Source of the DNA: an uncultured archaeon
GTDB taxonomy: Archaea > Asgardarchaeota > Heimdallarchaeia > Heimdallarchaeales > Heimdallarchaeaceae
Assembly: GCA_964534625.1 (NCBI GenBank)
Contig: CAZHRF010000001.1
Span: forward strand, 1-64,000
DNA length: 64,000 bases
Direction: 5' to 3'
The position numbers and the translations under genes are program-made. Below, piece after piece: positions 44,334-53,947 of this stretch; the stretch's first letter is position 1, and each line of letters starts with the position of its first letter. The notes under the pieces were generated by a model. It searched no databases. It was not told the DNA's origin and saw only the letters and a list, made by a program, of their open reading frames with translations.

Positions 44334-45647
44334 ATGAGCAATAATAAAGAGAATCAAAGAAGAACAGATTTCTTATCTGTCTTAAAGAGAGGAGAACATA
44401 GAAAACTAATACTTTTGATTGAATCGTTGTTAGATGGTAGTTTGAAAGCGTGTGATTTTCGATTAGTTGTATCGCAATATTCACCGAAAACTGCGACAAC
44501 ACTATTTAGGGATATGTTACCTCGTTTTTCCTCTGATTTAAAAAAGAAATTGGGCATTATTTTTGAAAGGTTCTTTTTTTGTAATTCAAAAAAAAATGTT
44601 AAAACACTTTGGAAACTCGTTAACCATAGTACTTTTTGGACTGATTTGAAGAATTTTCATGATTACTCAACAAAAAATATAATTGACTATGGTGACATCA
44701 AATCCTTTTTGTCGCAAGCTTATAATAATTGTACTTATAAGCGGCCTTTAACTTATGTTCAACGTAAGCTAGTAGAATCACTTGAAAAAAGTCCTACTCT
44801 CACTTATAGTAAGATATCTGAAGAAATCCAAGTTTCAAAGAAGAAGCTTTCTTTTGAAGTTAAAAATCTAAGAAATAGAGGTATATTTTTGGGAAGTTTT
44901 ATTGATTATCGTAGTCTAGGTTTTTTTGAATATTTTACGTTCAATGAAGCATTAAAAGGCATTGATTCTATTTTACTGAAGAAAACTTATACCCTCTTTC
45001 CGAATTTTATATTGAACCAATTTGTGTGTAATAAATTACCTAAAGATACTTGTTATTACGCTATTGATAAAAAAGTTGTTATAAGTAATTCTGTCTTATT
45101 ATCTAATAATATTAATTTTGACCAATGTAAATCTGGTCTGCGTTTGAATCCTCCTGGTCGTATTACGTTCTCTGAAAACCAAGACATCGTTTGTAATTTG
45201 AACGTTGACAAACCCTATGGATTGGATCTGGTAGAGAATTGCAAAATAGATTTTCGGCATCCTGATTTCCAGTCTATTGCGAGTCGTTATGATGTTTCTA
45301 TTAGGACATTGATCAGAATGAAAAAAATGCTTATAAAAAACAAAGTCGTTCAACCACACATAAGTATTAAGGATAAATCACTAAGTAAAATTGTGTTTCT
45401 TTCGCAACAAGAGATTCCTTTCTTATATAATAAACTTCCTTATATTGAGGCTTATAAATTAAATTCAGGAAACAATGAGTCTCTTTGGCTTAGTATGGCT
45501 TTGATCCTCCCACATGACATTGGTCCTTTGCATAACTTTTTTAGAAAAAAGTCTGAAATGTTTATTGTTACCGAAGAAAAAGTTAGCAAAATATCAGCTA
45601 TTGACGGAATTTCTTATAACAATTATCATAAAACTTATACAAAATAA
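44334..45647 (+). CDS. hypothetical protein with two Lrp-like HTH motifs
   Basis: LTYSKISEEIQVSKKKL and DFQSIASRYDVSIRTL; ends 17 bp before the RPA gene. Confidence 0.65.
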   Translation: MSNNKENQRRTDFLSVLKRGEHRKLILLIESLLDGSLKACDFRLVVSQYSPKTATTLFRDMLPRFSSDLKKKLGIIFERFFFCNSKKNVKTLWKLVNHSTFWTDLKNFHDYSTKNIIDYGDIKSFLSQAYNNCTYKRPLTYVQRKLVESLEKSPTLTYSKISEEIQVSKKKLSFEVKNLRNRGIFLGSFIDYRSLGFFEYFTFNEALKGIDSILLKKTYTLFPNFILNQFVCNKLPKDTCYYAIDKKVVISNSVLLSNNINFDQCKSGLRLNPPGRITFSENQDIVCNLNVDKPYGLDLVENCKIDFRHPDFQSIASRYDVSIRTLIRMKKMLIKNKVVQPHISIKDKSLSKIVFLSQQEIPFLYNKLPYIEAYKLNSGNNESLWLSMALILPHDIGPLHNFFRKKSEMFIVTEEKVSKISAIDGISYNNYHKTYTK

Positions 45648-45664
45648 AAAGGATTGTATATTGT

Positions 45665-47782
45665 ATGTCTAATAATCACTCTTTAAATGAGATTGTAGAA
45701 GCCATTGTATCTAAAACTAATTACTCAAAGGCTCAAATTCAAAATATGATTAATGAAAAAATGGATGAGTTTGAAGATTTAGTTACTGAATTAGGTGCAG
45801 CTCATATTGTGGCGAAAGAATTAGGTGTTACTTTTTCTACAGAATCGAGCTCTCAACTTGTTCCCTCTATTACTTCTATTCACAGTTTAACTCCACAGCT
45901 AAATAATGTAAGTATTCAGGGGCGTATTCAAAAAATTTATAGTCACATAACCTTCAATAGAAAAGATGGTGAAGAGGGTATTTTGCAACCCTTTTTAATT
46001 GAAGACAAATCCGGTTCAATTAGGGTTGTTCTTTGGGGAAAAAAAGTCTATGAATTTCAACAATCAGAGAGAGAGATTGGAACTCCGGTTAGATTAATTA
46101 ATGGATATACTAGAGAAGGTAAATATCAACCTATTGAATTTCATTTAAATGATCAGTCGCATTTTCAATTTAATCCTAGTGATCTAAATTCAAGCGATCT
46201 ACCTCCTGTAAATAAAACATATACAAAGATCAATCAAGTAAAAGAAAATAGTATGGATATTTCTCTTCGATGTAAAATTATTGATATATCTGAAGTAACT
46301 GAATTTGTGAGAAATGATGGCAGTAAAGGTAAAGTCCGTAATATTTTTGTTGGTGATGAAACTGGTCGGATAAGAATAAGTTTATGGGATGAAAAAACTG
46401 ATTTGATTGATCCAGACAATAATGATCAAGTTATATGTGTTTTTGGTATAAATGCAAAAAGGAACAATAAAGGATATTTAGAATTACACTCATCAAAATT
46501 GACCAATATAAAAAAAGTTAAACTTCGGGAGGAGGAGGATTTTCACATTAAAAAAGAGACCAAAACTGTTGTATCTCAACCAGAAGAAGTAGGTTCTCTT
46601 TCTAAAATCAAATATGAAAATAAACTTATTTCTGTTACTGGATTAATTGTTTCAATTAGACCCCTTCATAAATTTCAAAGAACTGATGATTCTGATGGCA
46701 TGGTCAGGAATATACGGCTATCTGATAGAAGTGGAACAATTCGTGTTGTACTTTGGGATGAAAATGCACAGAAGATAACCGATGCTAACTTAAATACGAT
46801 CGTTACTATAAGTGGAGGTTATACAAAAAAGAATCAGTATGGCGATATAGAAGTACATTGTGGCAATAAAAGTTTAATCAATACTGAAATATCTGAAACT
46901 CTCTCGAGAAGTAAATATGAGGTTGAATTTAAACCTATAAGTGATATATCATCAGAACTAAAGGAAGTACATATAAAAGGACTGGTGACTAATATTTATC
47001 CAATTAAATCTATTGTTACAAAAGATGGTAAGAATATACAATTACAATCTTTTCGATTAGCTGATAGTAGTGGTGAGATACGTTTAACTTGCTGGCGAAA
47101 CAATATTAAAAAGTTAAATAATATAGGTGAAAATGAGCATATAAAAATTTTAAATGCTAGGGTGAAGAGTAATGATGAGTATGGAACGGAACTAACAATA
47201 ACTGGAAAAACAATTGTAAAAAAAGTTGATGAAGTAGAACGAGAAAACTTTGGATTTATTTCAAGTGACTTGGTTAAAGATAATAGATCTGTTTATTCAC
47301 ACATTAAAAATATTGCCGATATAAACGAAAATGAGGAAGTAACTATTCAGGCCAGCATTGCAAAAGTAATAGACAGACCATTTGTATTTCCTCTCTGTCC
47401 CGATTGTAAAAAGAAATTACATGAAAATGAGGATGGTTTTGAATGTAAAACTCATGGTAAATTAGAGATACCTGAATATTTGCTTTTATTTTCTTTCATT
47501 GCTAATGATGGTACGGGCAATGTACGTGTTGTATGTGGTGGTTCTTTAGCAGAGAAGATTGTTAATATGAGTGCAAATGAAGCGGCAAGTTTTGTAAACA
47601 AGGAAGGTTCAACGCGCGCTCCTTATTTATATTTAAAGGAGCAAGATTTTGAAGATAATGAATATATAATTACAGGTTTAGTAAAAAATAATAGCTATTT
47701 CGATGCACTAGAATTAAAAGCAAAGGCAATTGATGTTATAGACTATACACCAATGACAAGGCAAATTATAAAACAAGTTTAA
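45665..47782 (+). CDS. rpa: replication protein A large subunit (multi-OB fold + Zn finger)
   Basis: Repeated D.SG.IR..LW OB folds, CPDC...CKTH Zn finger. Confidence 0.93.
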   Translation: MSNNHSLNEIVEAIVSKTNYSKAQIQNMINEKMDEFEDLVTELGAAHIVAKELGVTFSTESSSQLVPSITSIHSLTPQLNNVSIQGRIQKIYSHITFNRKDGEEGILQPFLIEDKSGSIRVVLWGKKVYEFQQSEREIGTPVRLINGYTREGKYQPIEFHLNDQSHFQFNPSDLNSSDLPPVNKTYTKINQVKENSMDISLRCKIIDISEVTEFVRNDGSKGKVRNIFVGDETGRIRISLWDEKTDLIDPDNNDQVICVFGINAKRNNKGYLELHSSKLTNIKKVKLREEEDFHIKKETKTVVSQPEEVGSLSKIKYENKLISVTGLIVSIRPLHKFQRTDDSDGMVRNIRLSDRSGTIRVVLWDENAQKITDANLNTIVTISGGYTKKNQYGDIEVHCGNKSLINTEISETLSRSKYEVEFKPISDISSELKEVHIKGLVTNIYPIKSIVTKDGKNIQLQSFRLADSSGEIRLTCWRNNIKKLNNIGENEHIKILNARVKSNDEYGTELTITGKTIVKKVDEVERENFGFISSDLVKDNRSVYSHIKNIADINENEEVTIQASIAKVIDRPFVFPLCPDCKKKLHENEDGFECKTHGKLEIPEYLLLFSFIANDGTGNVRVVCGGSLAEKIVNMSANEAASFVNKEGSTRAPYLYLKEQDFEDNEYIITGLVKNNSYFDALELKAKAIDVIDYTPMTRQIIKQV

Positions 47783-47817
47783 TTACTTATGAATCATGTA
47801 TTATGAATTGTTTTGAT

Positions 47818-47895
47818 TGGTGCCCCGACCGGGATTTGAACCCGGGTCTGTGGAGTGAGAGTCCACAATTCTTGGCCGAACTATACTATCGGGGC
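47818..47895 (-). tRNA. tRNA-Glu(CTC)
   Basis: GCCCCGA/TCGGGGC, GTGGA-CTCTCAC-TCCAC, encoded CCA. Confidence 0.95.
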
Positions 47896-47972
47896 TATAA
47901 TAACACAAAAAGTGAAGGATTTTTTAAGTTTTCTTTTTAGTATAGTCTATCAGAAATTTATGAAAATATGAG

Positions 47973-48818
47973 TTGATTAATATGCGTTATTTCATTAAAG
48001 TTTTTTATGATGGAACACAATATTTTGGATATCAAAGACAGCCAAAATTTCCTACAGTAGAAGAAAATATAATTAAAGGATTAAAAAATACTGGTTTTAT
48101 AGATTCAGCAAAACAGAGTAATTTTAAAAGTGCAAGTAGAACAGACAAACACGTATCAGCAATTGGTAATGTTTTTGCATTTAACACGGAGGATGAACCT
48201 CTTCTTGGTTTAATAAATTCAAAGATATCATTAGATTATTCAATTCTTTGCTGGGCTAAAAGTAAAGTTCCATCAACTTTATCGCCTAGAACTTCAATAT
48301 CCAAAAAATATTGGTATGTGCTTCCTTGGGAGTATCTGAATAATACAACTGATTTATCTATTATTCGGAGTTTATGTAAAAAATTTGAAGGTACTCATAA
48401 TTTCAAGCTTTTTTGTAAAAATGATCATCGTAACACAATTAGATCAATTGATCAAGTGAATGTGAAAAAATTCATGAACATTGTTATTTTTGAATTTGTT
48501 GGGGAATCATTCTTGTGGGCTCAAATAAGGCGCATAATGTTTTACCTCTTAAATTATTCCACGTTTTCTTCTAAATATCAAGACGTCGAACATCTCTTAG
48601 AAAAGCCCGAACAAGTAAAAAATTTATATTTAAGGTCTGCAGATCCACATTATCTTGTACTAATTGACCATTATTTTGAAAATATTGAATGGACTGTTAA
48701 TGACATAATTATTAATAAACTGAAAAAGATAATAAAGAATAAGTTACTTAACTATAAAAAGCAGTATTCTTTGTTTAACGCATTACATTTTCATGTTGAT
48801 AATTTTATTAAAAAATAA
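47973..48818 (+). CDS. truA: tRNA pseudouridine(38-40) synthase
   Basis: YDGTQYFGYQRQP, SRTDKHVSA, GTHNF, FLWAQIRRI. Confidence 0.94.
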   Translation: MINMRYFIKVFYDGTQYFGYQRQPKFPTVEENIIKGLKNTGFIDSAKQSNFKSASRTDKHVSAIGNVFAFNTEDEPLLGLINSKISLDYSILCWAKSKVPSTLSPRTSISKKYWYVLPWEYLNNTTDLSIIRSLCKKFEGTHNFKLFCKNDHRNTIRSIDQVNVKKFMNIVIFEFVGESFLWAQIRRIMFYLLNYSTFSSKYQDVEHLLEKPEQVKNLYLRSADPHYLVLIDHYFENIEWTVNDIIINKLKKIIKNKLLNYKKQYSLFNALHFHVDNFIKK

Positions 48819-48833
48819 GCTGATTATCTTTCT

Positions 48834-49451
48834 TTATTTGAAAAATTGTGAAAGAAACGTACTGATGGCCACTATTATTATTAAATGAATAAATGAGATA
48901 ATTATTAACTGAACTTTGATTTTATTTTTATTAGTTAGTTTAAGTAAAAAATAATTATTGAGTACGTTAAACATCAAATATGATAAAGAAAAATAGTTAA
49001 TTAGAGAGATTTGAAACTCTTGAATTTGATAATTCAAAATTGAATAAAGAAATGAAAATAAAGGTGAAAAACCTGCAATAATAGCAATTGTTAGTGTTGT
49101 CACATATCTTATTAATGAGATTCGTTTTTGGTATATGGCAAGTGTATTTTCTTTTTCTTTCAAAGCTTTTTTTCTGTTTTTTATAAGATTTGATGTGATA
49201 TTGATATCTTTGATTGCATTTTTTTTCTTTGTATTACTTAATGAAAGTAGTAATGTTTGGATTAGTGGGAATTCAAAATCTATATCTTTTAATATTTCAT
49301 TTAAACTTTTCCCAAACTGTAATTTAAAAGTTAATTCTTTAGGTATGTATCTTGACAAAAAAAATGCGCCCTCCATATTTTCCTCTTCTTGAAGACTATT
49401 CAATAAGTCATCTAATATTATATCATCACTATGTTCTAATTTCATTTTCAT
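48834..49451 (-). CDS. type IV pilus/T2SS platform membrane protein (TadC-like)
   Basis: Helical T2SSF-like region plus 3 C-terminal TMs, in operon with a secretion ATPase. Confidence 0.55.
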   Translation of the reverse strand: MKMKLEHSDDIILDDLLNSLQEEENMEGAFFLSRYIPKELTFKLQFGKSLNEILKDIDFEFPLIQTLLLSLSNTKKKNAIKDINITSNLIKNRKKALKEKENTLAIYQKRISLIRYVTTLTIAIIAGFSPLFSFLYSILNYQIQEFQISLINYFSLSYLMFNVLNNYFLLKLTNKNKIKVQLIIISFIHLIIIVAISTFLSQFFK

Positions 49452-50238
49452 TACCTATTATAGTTTTATTTTGTATGTATTGCAAAATATATGTACCAAA
49501 GAACCCATAAAAAACAGGAAAAAGAATGATTAAGAGGGAATCGTTGGGAACAACAAGTGATATGACCAAACTTAAAATTAATGGAAATAAGCAAGAAATT
49601 GCTATAAAAATGCTTATATTGTCTTCAATAAGAGCAATCTCTCTTTTTATATTAAGTAAAAACTCGGGTTCTGACTCAATTATTATCGTTTGTTTTTTGA
49701 TGTTTCTTAACATTCTTCTGTATTTTTCATTCAAAAAGATAGCACTTATCTCTTCAATTATTTGATCTTCTTTACTGTTCCCAATATTCAGTTTGAATAT
49801 TGCTTTTTGAAATGCTTTTTGATAATTTTCTTCTTCTAATTGATATTCGATAATATTTTCTAGTGCATGAGGAAATGAGTTTAAAACTGTCATATTAATG
49901 GAAAGGGAATTTAAAGTAAGAAATGCTTTTTCATCAAATTTTTGGTGTTTTTGTATTATCTTGCTTCTAGTATAATGAATGCAGATTAGCATGTTTAGTA
50001 TGCCCATAAATAATGAAAGAATTAGTGCATTAGCTATTTTCCATTTCAATAACTGTGTGAAAAAGATAAATAGTGTGAGTGTGATACTGCCTGAAATATT
50101 TCTGAATTGCATTAATCTTTTTTTATCTTCATTTGTGAAGAAATGTTTTGTCTTATTATTCATGTTTTTTACTGTTAAATACTCTAAAAAGGTTAATTCT
50201 TCATTAAAAATCTCTTTTAATTCATTGTCTTGTTTCAA
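49429..50238 (-). CDS. type IV pilus/T2SS platform membrane protein (TadB/C-like)
   Basis: 2 TM + T2SSF-like helix (SFPHALE) + 2 TM; downstream of the ATPase. Confidence 0.6.
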   Translation of the reverse strand: MKQDNELKEIFNEELTFLEYLTVKNMNNKTKHFFTNEDKKRLMQFRNISGSITLTLFIFFTQLLKWKIANALILSLFMGILNMLICIHYTRSKIIQKHQKFDEKAFLTLNSLSINMTVLNSFPHALENIIEYQLEEENYQKAFQKAIFKLNIGNSKEDQIIEEISAIFLNEKYRRMLRNIKKQTIIIESEPEFLLNIKREIALIEDNISIFIAISCLFPLILSLVISLVVPNDSLLIILFPVFYGFFGTYILQYIQNKTIIGNENEIRT

Positions 50239-50258
50239 GCAAATTTTCCTCCGTTTGT

Positions 50259-51605
50259 TTATTTATTATAAACTGTTTTTTTTTGTCCAAAATCACAAAT
50301 CTCTTTTTCTTTAATAGCCTCAAAAAATCTTTTTTCATCCCATCCTCTTTCAAATATTTTGAAAAAATTTGGTCGTTCCTGTTTTTTTTCATTCGTGTTT
50401 TTTTGTATTTCAAATATTTGTTTTATCTGTCTAGCAATCCCATCTGTTCTAACATTTTTTTCCATTACAATTATTAAATCTAACGAAAAAAAATCACTTG
50501 GTTTAATGCTGTGAATATTTTCCCATCTTCTCAATATTTTTTCTAATTTATCGGAATGTGTAGTCTGAATACCTTTTAATCCCGCATTTAGTGCTTCAAA
50601 CATGGCTTGAGTATGTTCTTTTGATTGGATTTCTCCCAAATATATCCAATCCGGTGATCTATGTAGTAATCTTAATATTTCTGATGTTTTAGTATACTTT
50701 TTATCAATAACTTCAAATGAATCAACTTGTATTCTGAGTTGTTTATACCCCATCTCAGTTTGATCTATTGATTCAATAGCATCCTCAATTGTTATCTTCC
50801 GCCAATGTTTTGGAGTATGTAAATCTAGTGCGTTAGCTAATGTGGTTTTTCCAGAATTTGGTTCTCCCACGATAGTTATGTTGCGTCTTTTATTTATCAT
50901 AGTCACAAGATATTGAGCAATAAAAGATGGTAAGGTCTTGGCTTTCACTAAATCATGTAATTGTAACGGTTTTCTTTTTAGTTTTCTAATATTAAATGTA
51001 GGGCCATTTGGTGATAATGGGGGAAAATCAATAGCTATACGTGAATGAAATTTTTTAGTTTGCCATTCTATTTTTACTGATGGATTAGATTGATTTATCC
51101 AAATGGGATGTTCTAGTTTAATTCTTGTTACAAGAGCATCAAATTCTTCTTCCTGTAATATAATTTCTGTATTGCATCTTCCAAATATTTGATGATCAAT
51201 ATAGATTTCGGTACCTTTTTTATCCATATAAATCTCATCAACAAGATCATCAATAAGAAAAGGCATTAATCTATCTAATTTAGTAATGTGATAAACAAAA
51301 AGTTCTAAGATTTCCTCTGTCTCTAAATCGCTTTTTTCTTCTATTATTCTCCATAGTCCTATCGATTTAATTTTTGAAATTAATTCATCAAAAGATAATA
51401 CTCTGTTACAAAAGAGGTTTTTATTGGTAAGTAATATATCATATAATTCCGTTTTCAATATTGGTTTTGCGTCAAAATCTAGTTTTGCTTTAAAGTAATA
51501 GCTAGTTTTATCACCAATGGATTTTATTCTAATATTATATCCGTCTATTGAATACTCTCGGTAACACCTTTTATCCAATTGAGTTTTGTTATATAAGATT
51601 TTCAT
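50259..51605 (-). CDS. type II/IV secretion (CpaF/VirB11/ArlI-like) assembly ATPase
   Basis: FNIRK, Walker A GEPNSGKT, Asp box TIED, PDWIYLGEI, His box TTHS. Confidence 0.9.
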   Translation of the reverse strand: MKILYNKTQLDKRCYREYSIDGYNIRIKSIGDKTSYYFKAKLDFDAKPILKTELYDILLTNKNLFCNRVLSFDELISKIKSIGLWRIIEEKSDLETEEILELFVYHITKLDRLMPFLIDDLVDEIYMDKKGTEIYIDHQIFGRCNTEIILQEEEFDALVTRIKLEHPIWINQSNPSVKIEWQTKKFHSRIAIDFPPLSPNGPTFNIRKLKRKPLQLHDLVKAKTLPSFIAQYLVTMINKRRNITIVGEPNSGKTTLANALDLHTPKHWRKITIEDAIESIDQTEMGYKQLRIQVDSFEVIDKKYTKTSEILRLLHRSPDWIYLGEIQSKEHTQAMFEALNAGLKGIQTTHSDKLEKILRRWENIHSIKPSDFFSLDLIIVMEKNVRTDGIARQIKQIFEIQKNTNEKKQERPNFFKIFERGWDEKRFFEAIKEKEICDFGQKKTVYNK

Positions 51606-51717
51606 TCATCTCTTTTACTCATTAATCCTTTATCAACTCCTCATTTTTTATTATGATTTTCAGTTCTGCTATCAAAAGTTTAAATAATCAAAACTTTCTT
51701 TTTTTGTTGTGAAATAA

Positions 51718-52683
51718 ATGAATTTGCAGTATGATATCATGTGGACAGAAAAATATCGACCTAAAAGTCTTAAGAGCATTATAGGCCATAGCGACATTAT
51801 TAGTCGATTGAATGGTTTTGTAGAAAAAAACAATTTACCCCATCTGCTGTTTGCTGGACCACCTGGAACAGGAAAAACAACTGCGGTTTTGGCTTTGGCA
51901 AATGATCTTTTTAAAAAAACAAATGTATCACGTAATTTACTTGAGCTTAATGCTTCTGATGAAAGAGGTATTGATATTGTGAGAACCAAAATTAAAGAAT
52001 TTGCTCGAACCATGCCATATGGAAATGCCCCATTTAAGATTATATGTTTAGATGAAGCAGATAGCTTAACTTCAGCAGCACAACATGCTTTAAGAAGAAC
52101 AATGGAACAATATGTGCGAACTAGTCGTTTTGCTCTTATTTGTAACTATTCAAGTAAAATTATTGAACCTGTTCAATCACGTTGTGCCACTTTCAGATTT
52201 GGACCTTTGGAACCAACAGCTGTTCGGAGTTTTATAGAAGATATCTGTGAGCGAGAAAATATTCCCTTTACAAAGGGGGGAATTGATGCTATCCTTTATA
52301 TTTCAGAAGGGGATTTAAGGAAGTGTATAAACATATTGCAAGCAACTGCTGCATCAGGTAACTCAATCGAACATGAAAATGTACTTAAGACTGTTGGTCA
52401 TGCAAATCCCGAAAAAATAAAACTAATGTTAAAAACAGCTTTAGATGGTCGTTTTGAAGAATCACGAAAAAATCTAAATGAGTTAACACTTGAATATGGT
52501 TTATCCGCAAATGATGTTATAAAACAAATTTATAGAGAATTATCGTCTTTACCCATCAGTTCTCAAAAAAAATTAGTTATATTGGAGTATCTTGCTGAAG
52601 TTGACTTCCGTATTACCGAAGGTGCGTCGGGTAATATTCAAATTGGTGCGTTTTTGGCTCGTTTATCAAGAGAAGGCATTTAA
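51718..52683 (+). CDS. rfcS: replication factor C small subunit
   Basis: WTEKYRP, GPPGTGKT, LNASDERG, LDEAD, SRC. Confidence 0.97.
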   Translation: MNLQYDIMWTEKYRPKSLKSIIGHSDIISRLNGFVEKNNLPHLLFAGPPGTGKTTAVLALANDLFKKTNVSRNLLELNASDERGIDIVRTKIKEFARTMPYGNAPFKIICLDEADSLTSAAQHALRRTMEQYVRTSRFALICNYSSKIIEPVQSRCATFRFGPLEPTAVRSFIEDICERENIPFTKGGIDAILYISEGDLRKCINILQATAASGNSIEHENVLKTVGHANPEKIKLMLKTALDGRFEESRKNLNELTLEYGLSANDVIKQIYRELSSLPISSQKKLVILEYLAEVDFRITEGASGNIQIGAFLARLSREGI

Positions 52684-53729
52684 GTATTATTAAATTGTTT
52701 TTTCCAATTACTCGACAATTTTTTATATATTTGGTCAACAGCTTTTTGGTGATTATAAGAATAAATAAATTCTGCATGATCTCTGATTGTAAACTCTGCA
52801 ACTTTTGTTGATTTAGATACTAACTTTTGTGTCAGTACGGAAGAACTACTTAATCTTTTTGCGAATAATTTGTCTGCTACATATGCGCTTGCAGCTGCAA
52901 ATGACAATGGTCTCCTTCCGCCCCTGTCCTTGTTTGGTATTTTTTGTAGTATTCTAAAACAAAGAAGTTGTAAGATATTTTCATATACATATGGATCTAT
53001 TCCATATTTTTTCTTTAACCTTTTTTTAATTTCATCATTTGTACTAATTGAGGCGCAGATTCTTGCTATATATTCTTCACTTCTCCTGATTTTTGTTGTA
53101 TGCATTTTAACGTTTAAATCTTGCATAAGACCGAGTAGATTTTTACCCATTACTCTGTGACCCAATTTTTCGTATGTTGAAACCATTTCTCTCAAAGTTA
53201 TGGGACAATTTCTGCCTTGTTCCCTTATTGCAAGCAATAAACACATAGCAGATAAGAGGACATGATTTGTGATTTTTTCTGCTTTTTCTTTTTGATATTT
53301 TTTATATAAATAAACAGCTCTATATCTTGTTTGTTCTGATATATGATGTTGAGAACATACATTTTCTAGAATTTTGAATACTCTATGATCAGTCTCTTTT
53401 CCTTGTAAAGCAACAGGAACATGATAAAATGATTTGAATTTGCGGAATTTTTGTTGTTTTGTTTTACTAATCATGTTTCCATTTACATCCCTAAAAAAGT
53501 ATTCTTCTATCGCTCCAATTGATGTACCTAATGAACTTGCAGCACCCAAATGGTTATTTACTGCAGTATATTGTTGTTTTGTCCTATTGTCTTGTTTTAC
53601 TACATTTCCCAGTTGATAAGTTGAGTCCTCTAGTACTGTCTCACAAACCAAACCACACTGTTCACAAACATATAGTCCATCTTTTTTAATTGTTCGTGAT
53701 CCACATTCATCACACATGTAATCATTCAT
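52680..53729 (-). CDS. tfb: divergent transcription initiation factor TFB/TFIIB paralog
   Basis: Zn ribbon CDEC...CEQCG, two cyclin repeats (GRRP..FAAA.AY, LTQK.V...EFTIR). Reads from the reverse complement at 53729, so strand is -, not + as in the track. Confidence 0.85.
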   Translation of the reverse strand: MNDYMCDECGSRTIKKDGLYVCEQCGLVCETVLEDSTYQLGNVVKQDNRTKQQYTAVNNHLGAASSLGTSIGAIEEYFFRDVNGNMISKTKQQKFRKFKSFYHVPVALQGKETDHRVFKILENVCSQHHISEQTRYRAVYLYKKYQKEKAEKITNHVLLSAMCLLLAIREQGRNCPITLREMVSTYEKLGHRVMGKNLLGLMQDLNVKMHTTKIRRSEEYIARICASISTNDEIKKRLKKKYGIDPYVYENILQLLCFRILQKIPNKDRGGRRPLSFAAASAYVADKLFAKRLSSSSVLTQKLVSKSTKVAEFTIRDHAEFIYSYNHQKAVDQIYKKLSSNWKKQFNNT

Positions 53730-53947
53730 ATTATCTACTAAAATCAGTCATTTCTAATACTTTATAGCTTTTTGTGATTGAAATGTTGGTTAAATGACGG
53801 TGGCCTCCGAAGGATTATATAAGTAATCTTTTTGACTTTACTTTATTAGTTATATGTGAGAGATAATTGAAAGTAAAGCCAGAAAAAATAGATATATTAT
53901 CCAGACCATTTTACGAAATCGAAAAATTGTGTGGTTTTTAAAAAAAC

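Noticed and set aside
52680-53729. ORF-track strand label + for the TFB protein
   Set aside because: MNDYMCDECG is encoded by the reverse complement ending at 53729, with the stop at 52680-52682; the gene is on the - strand
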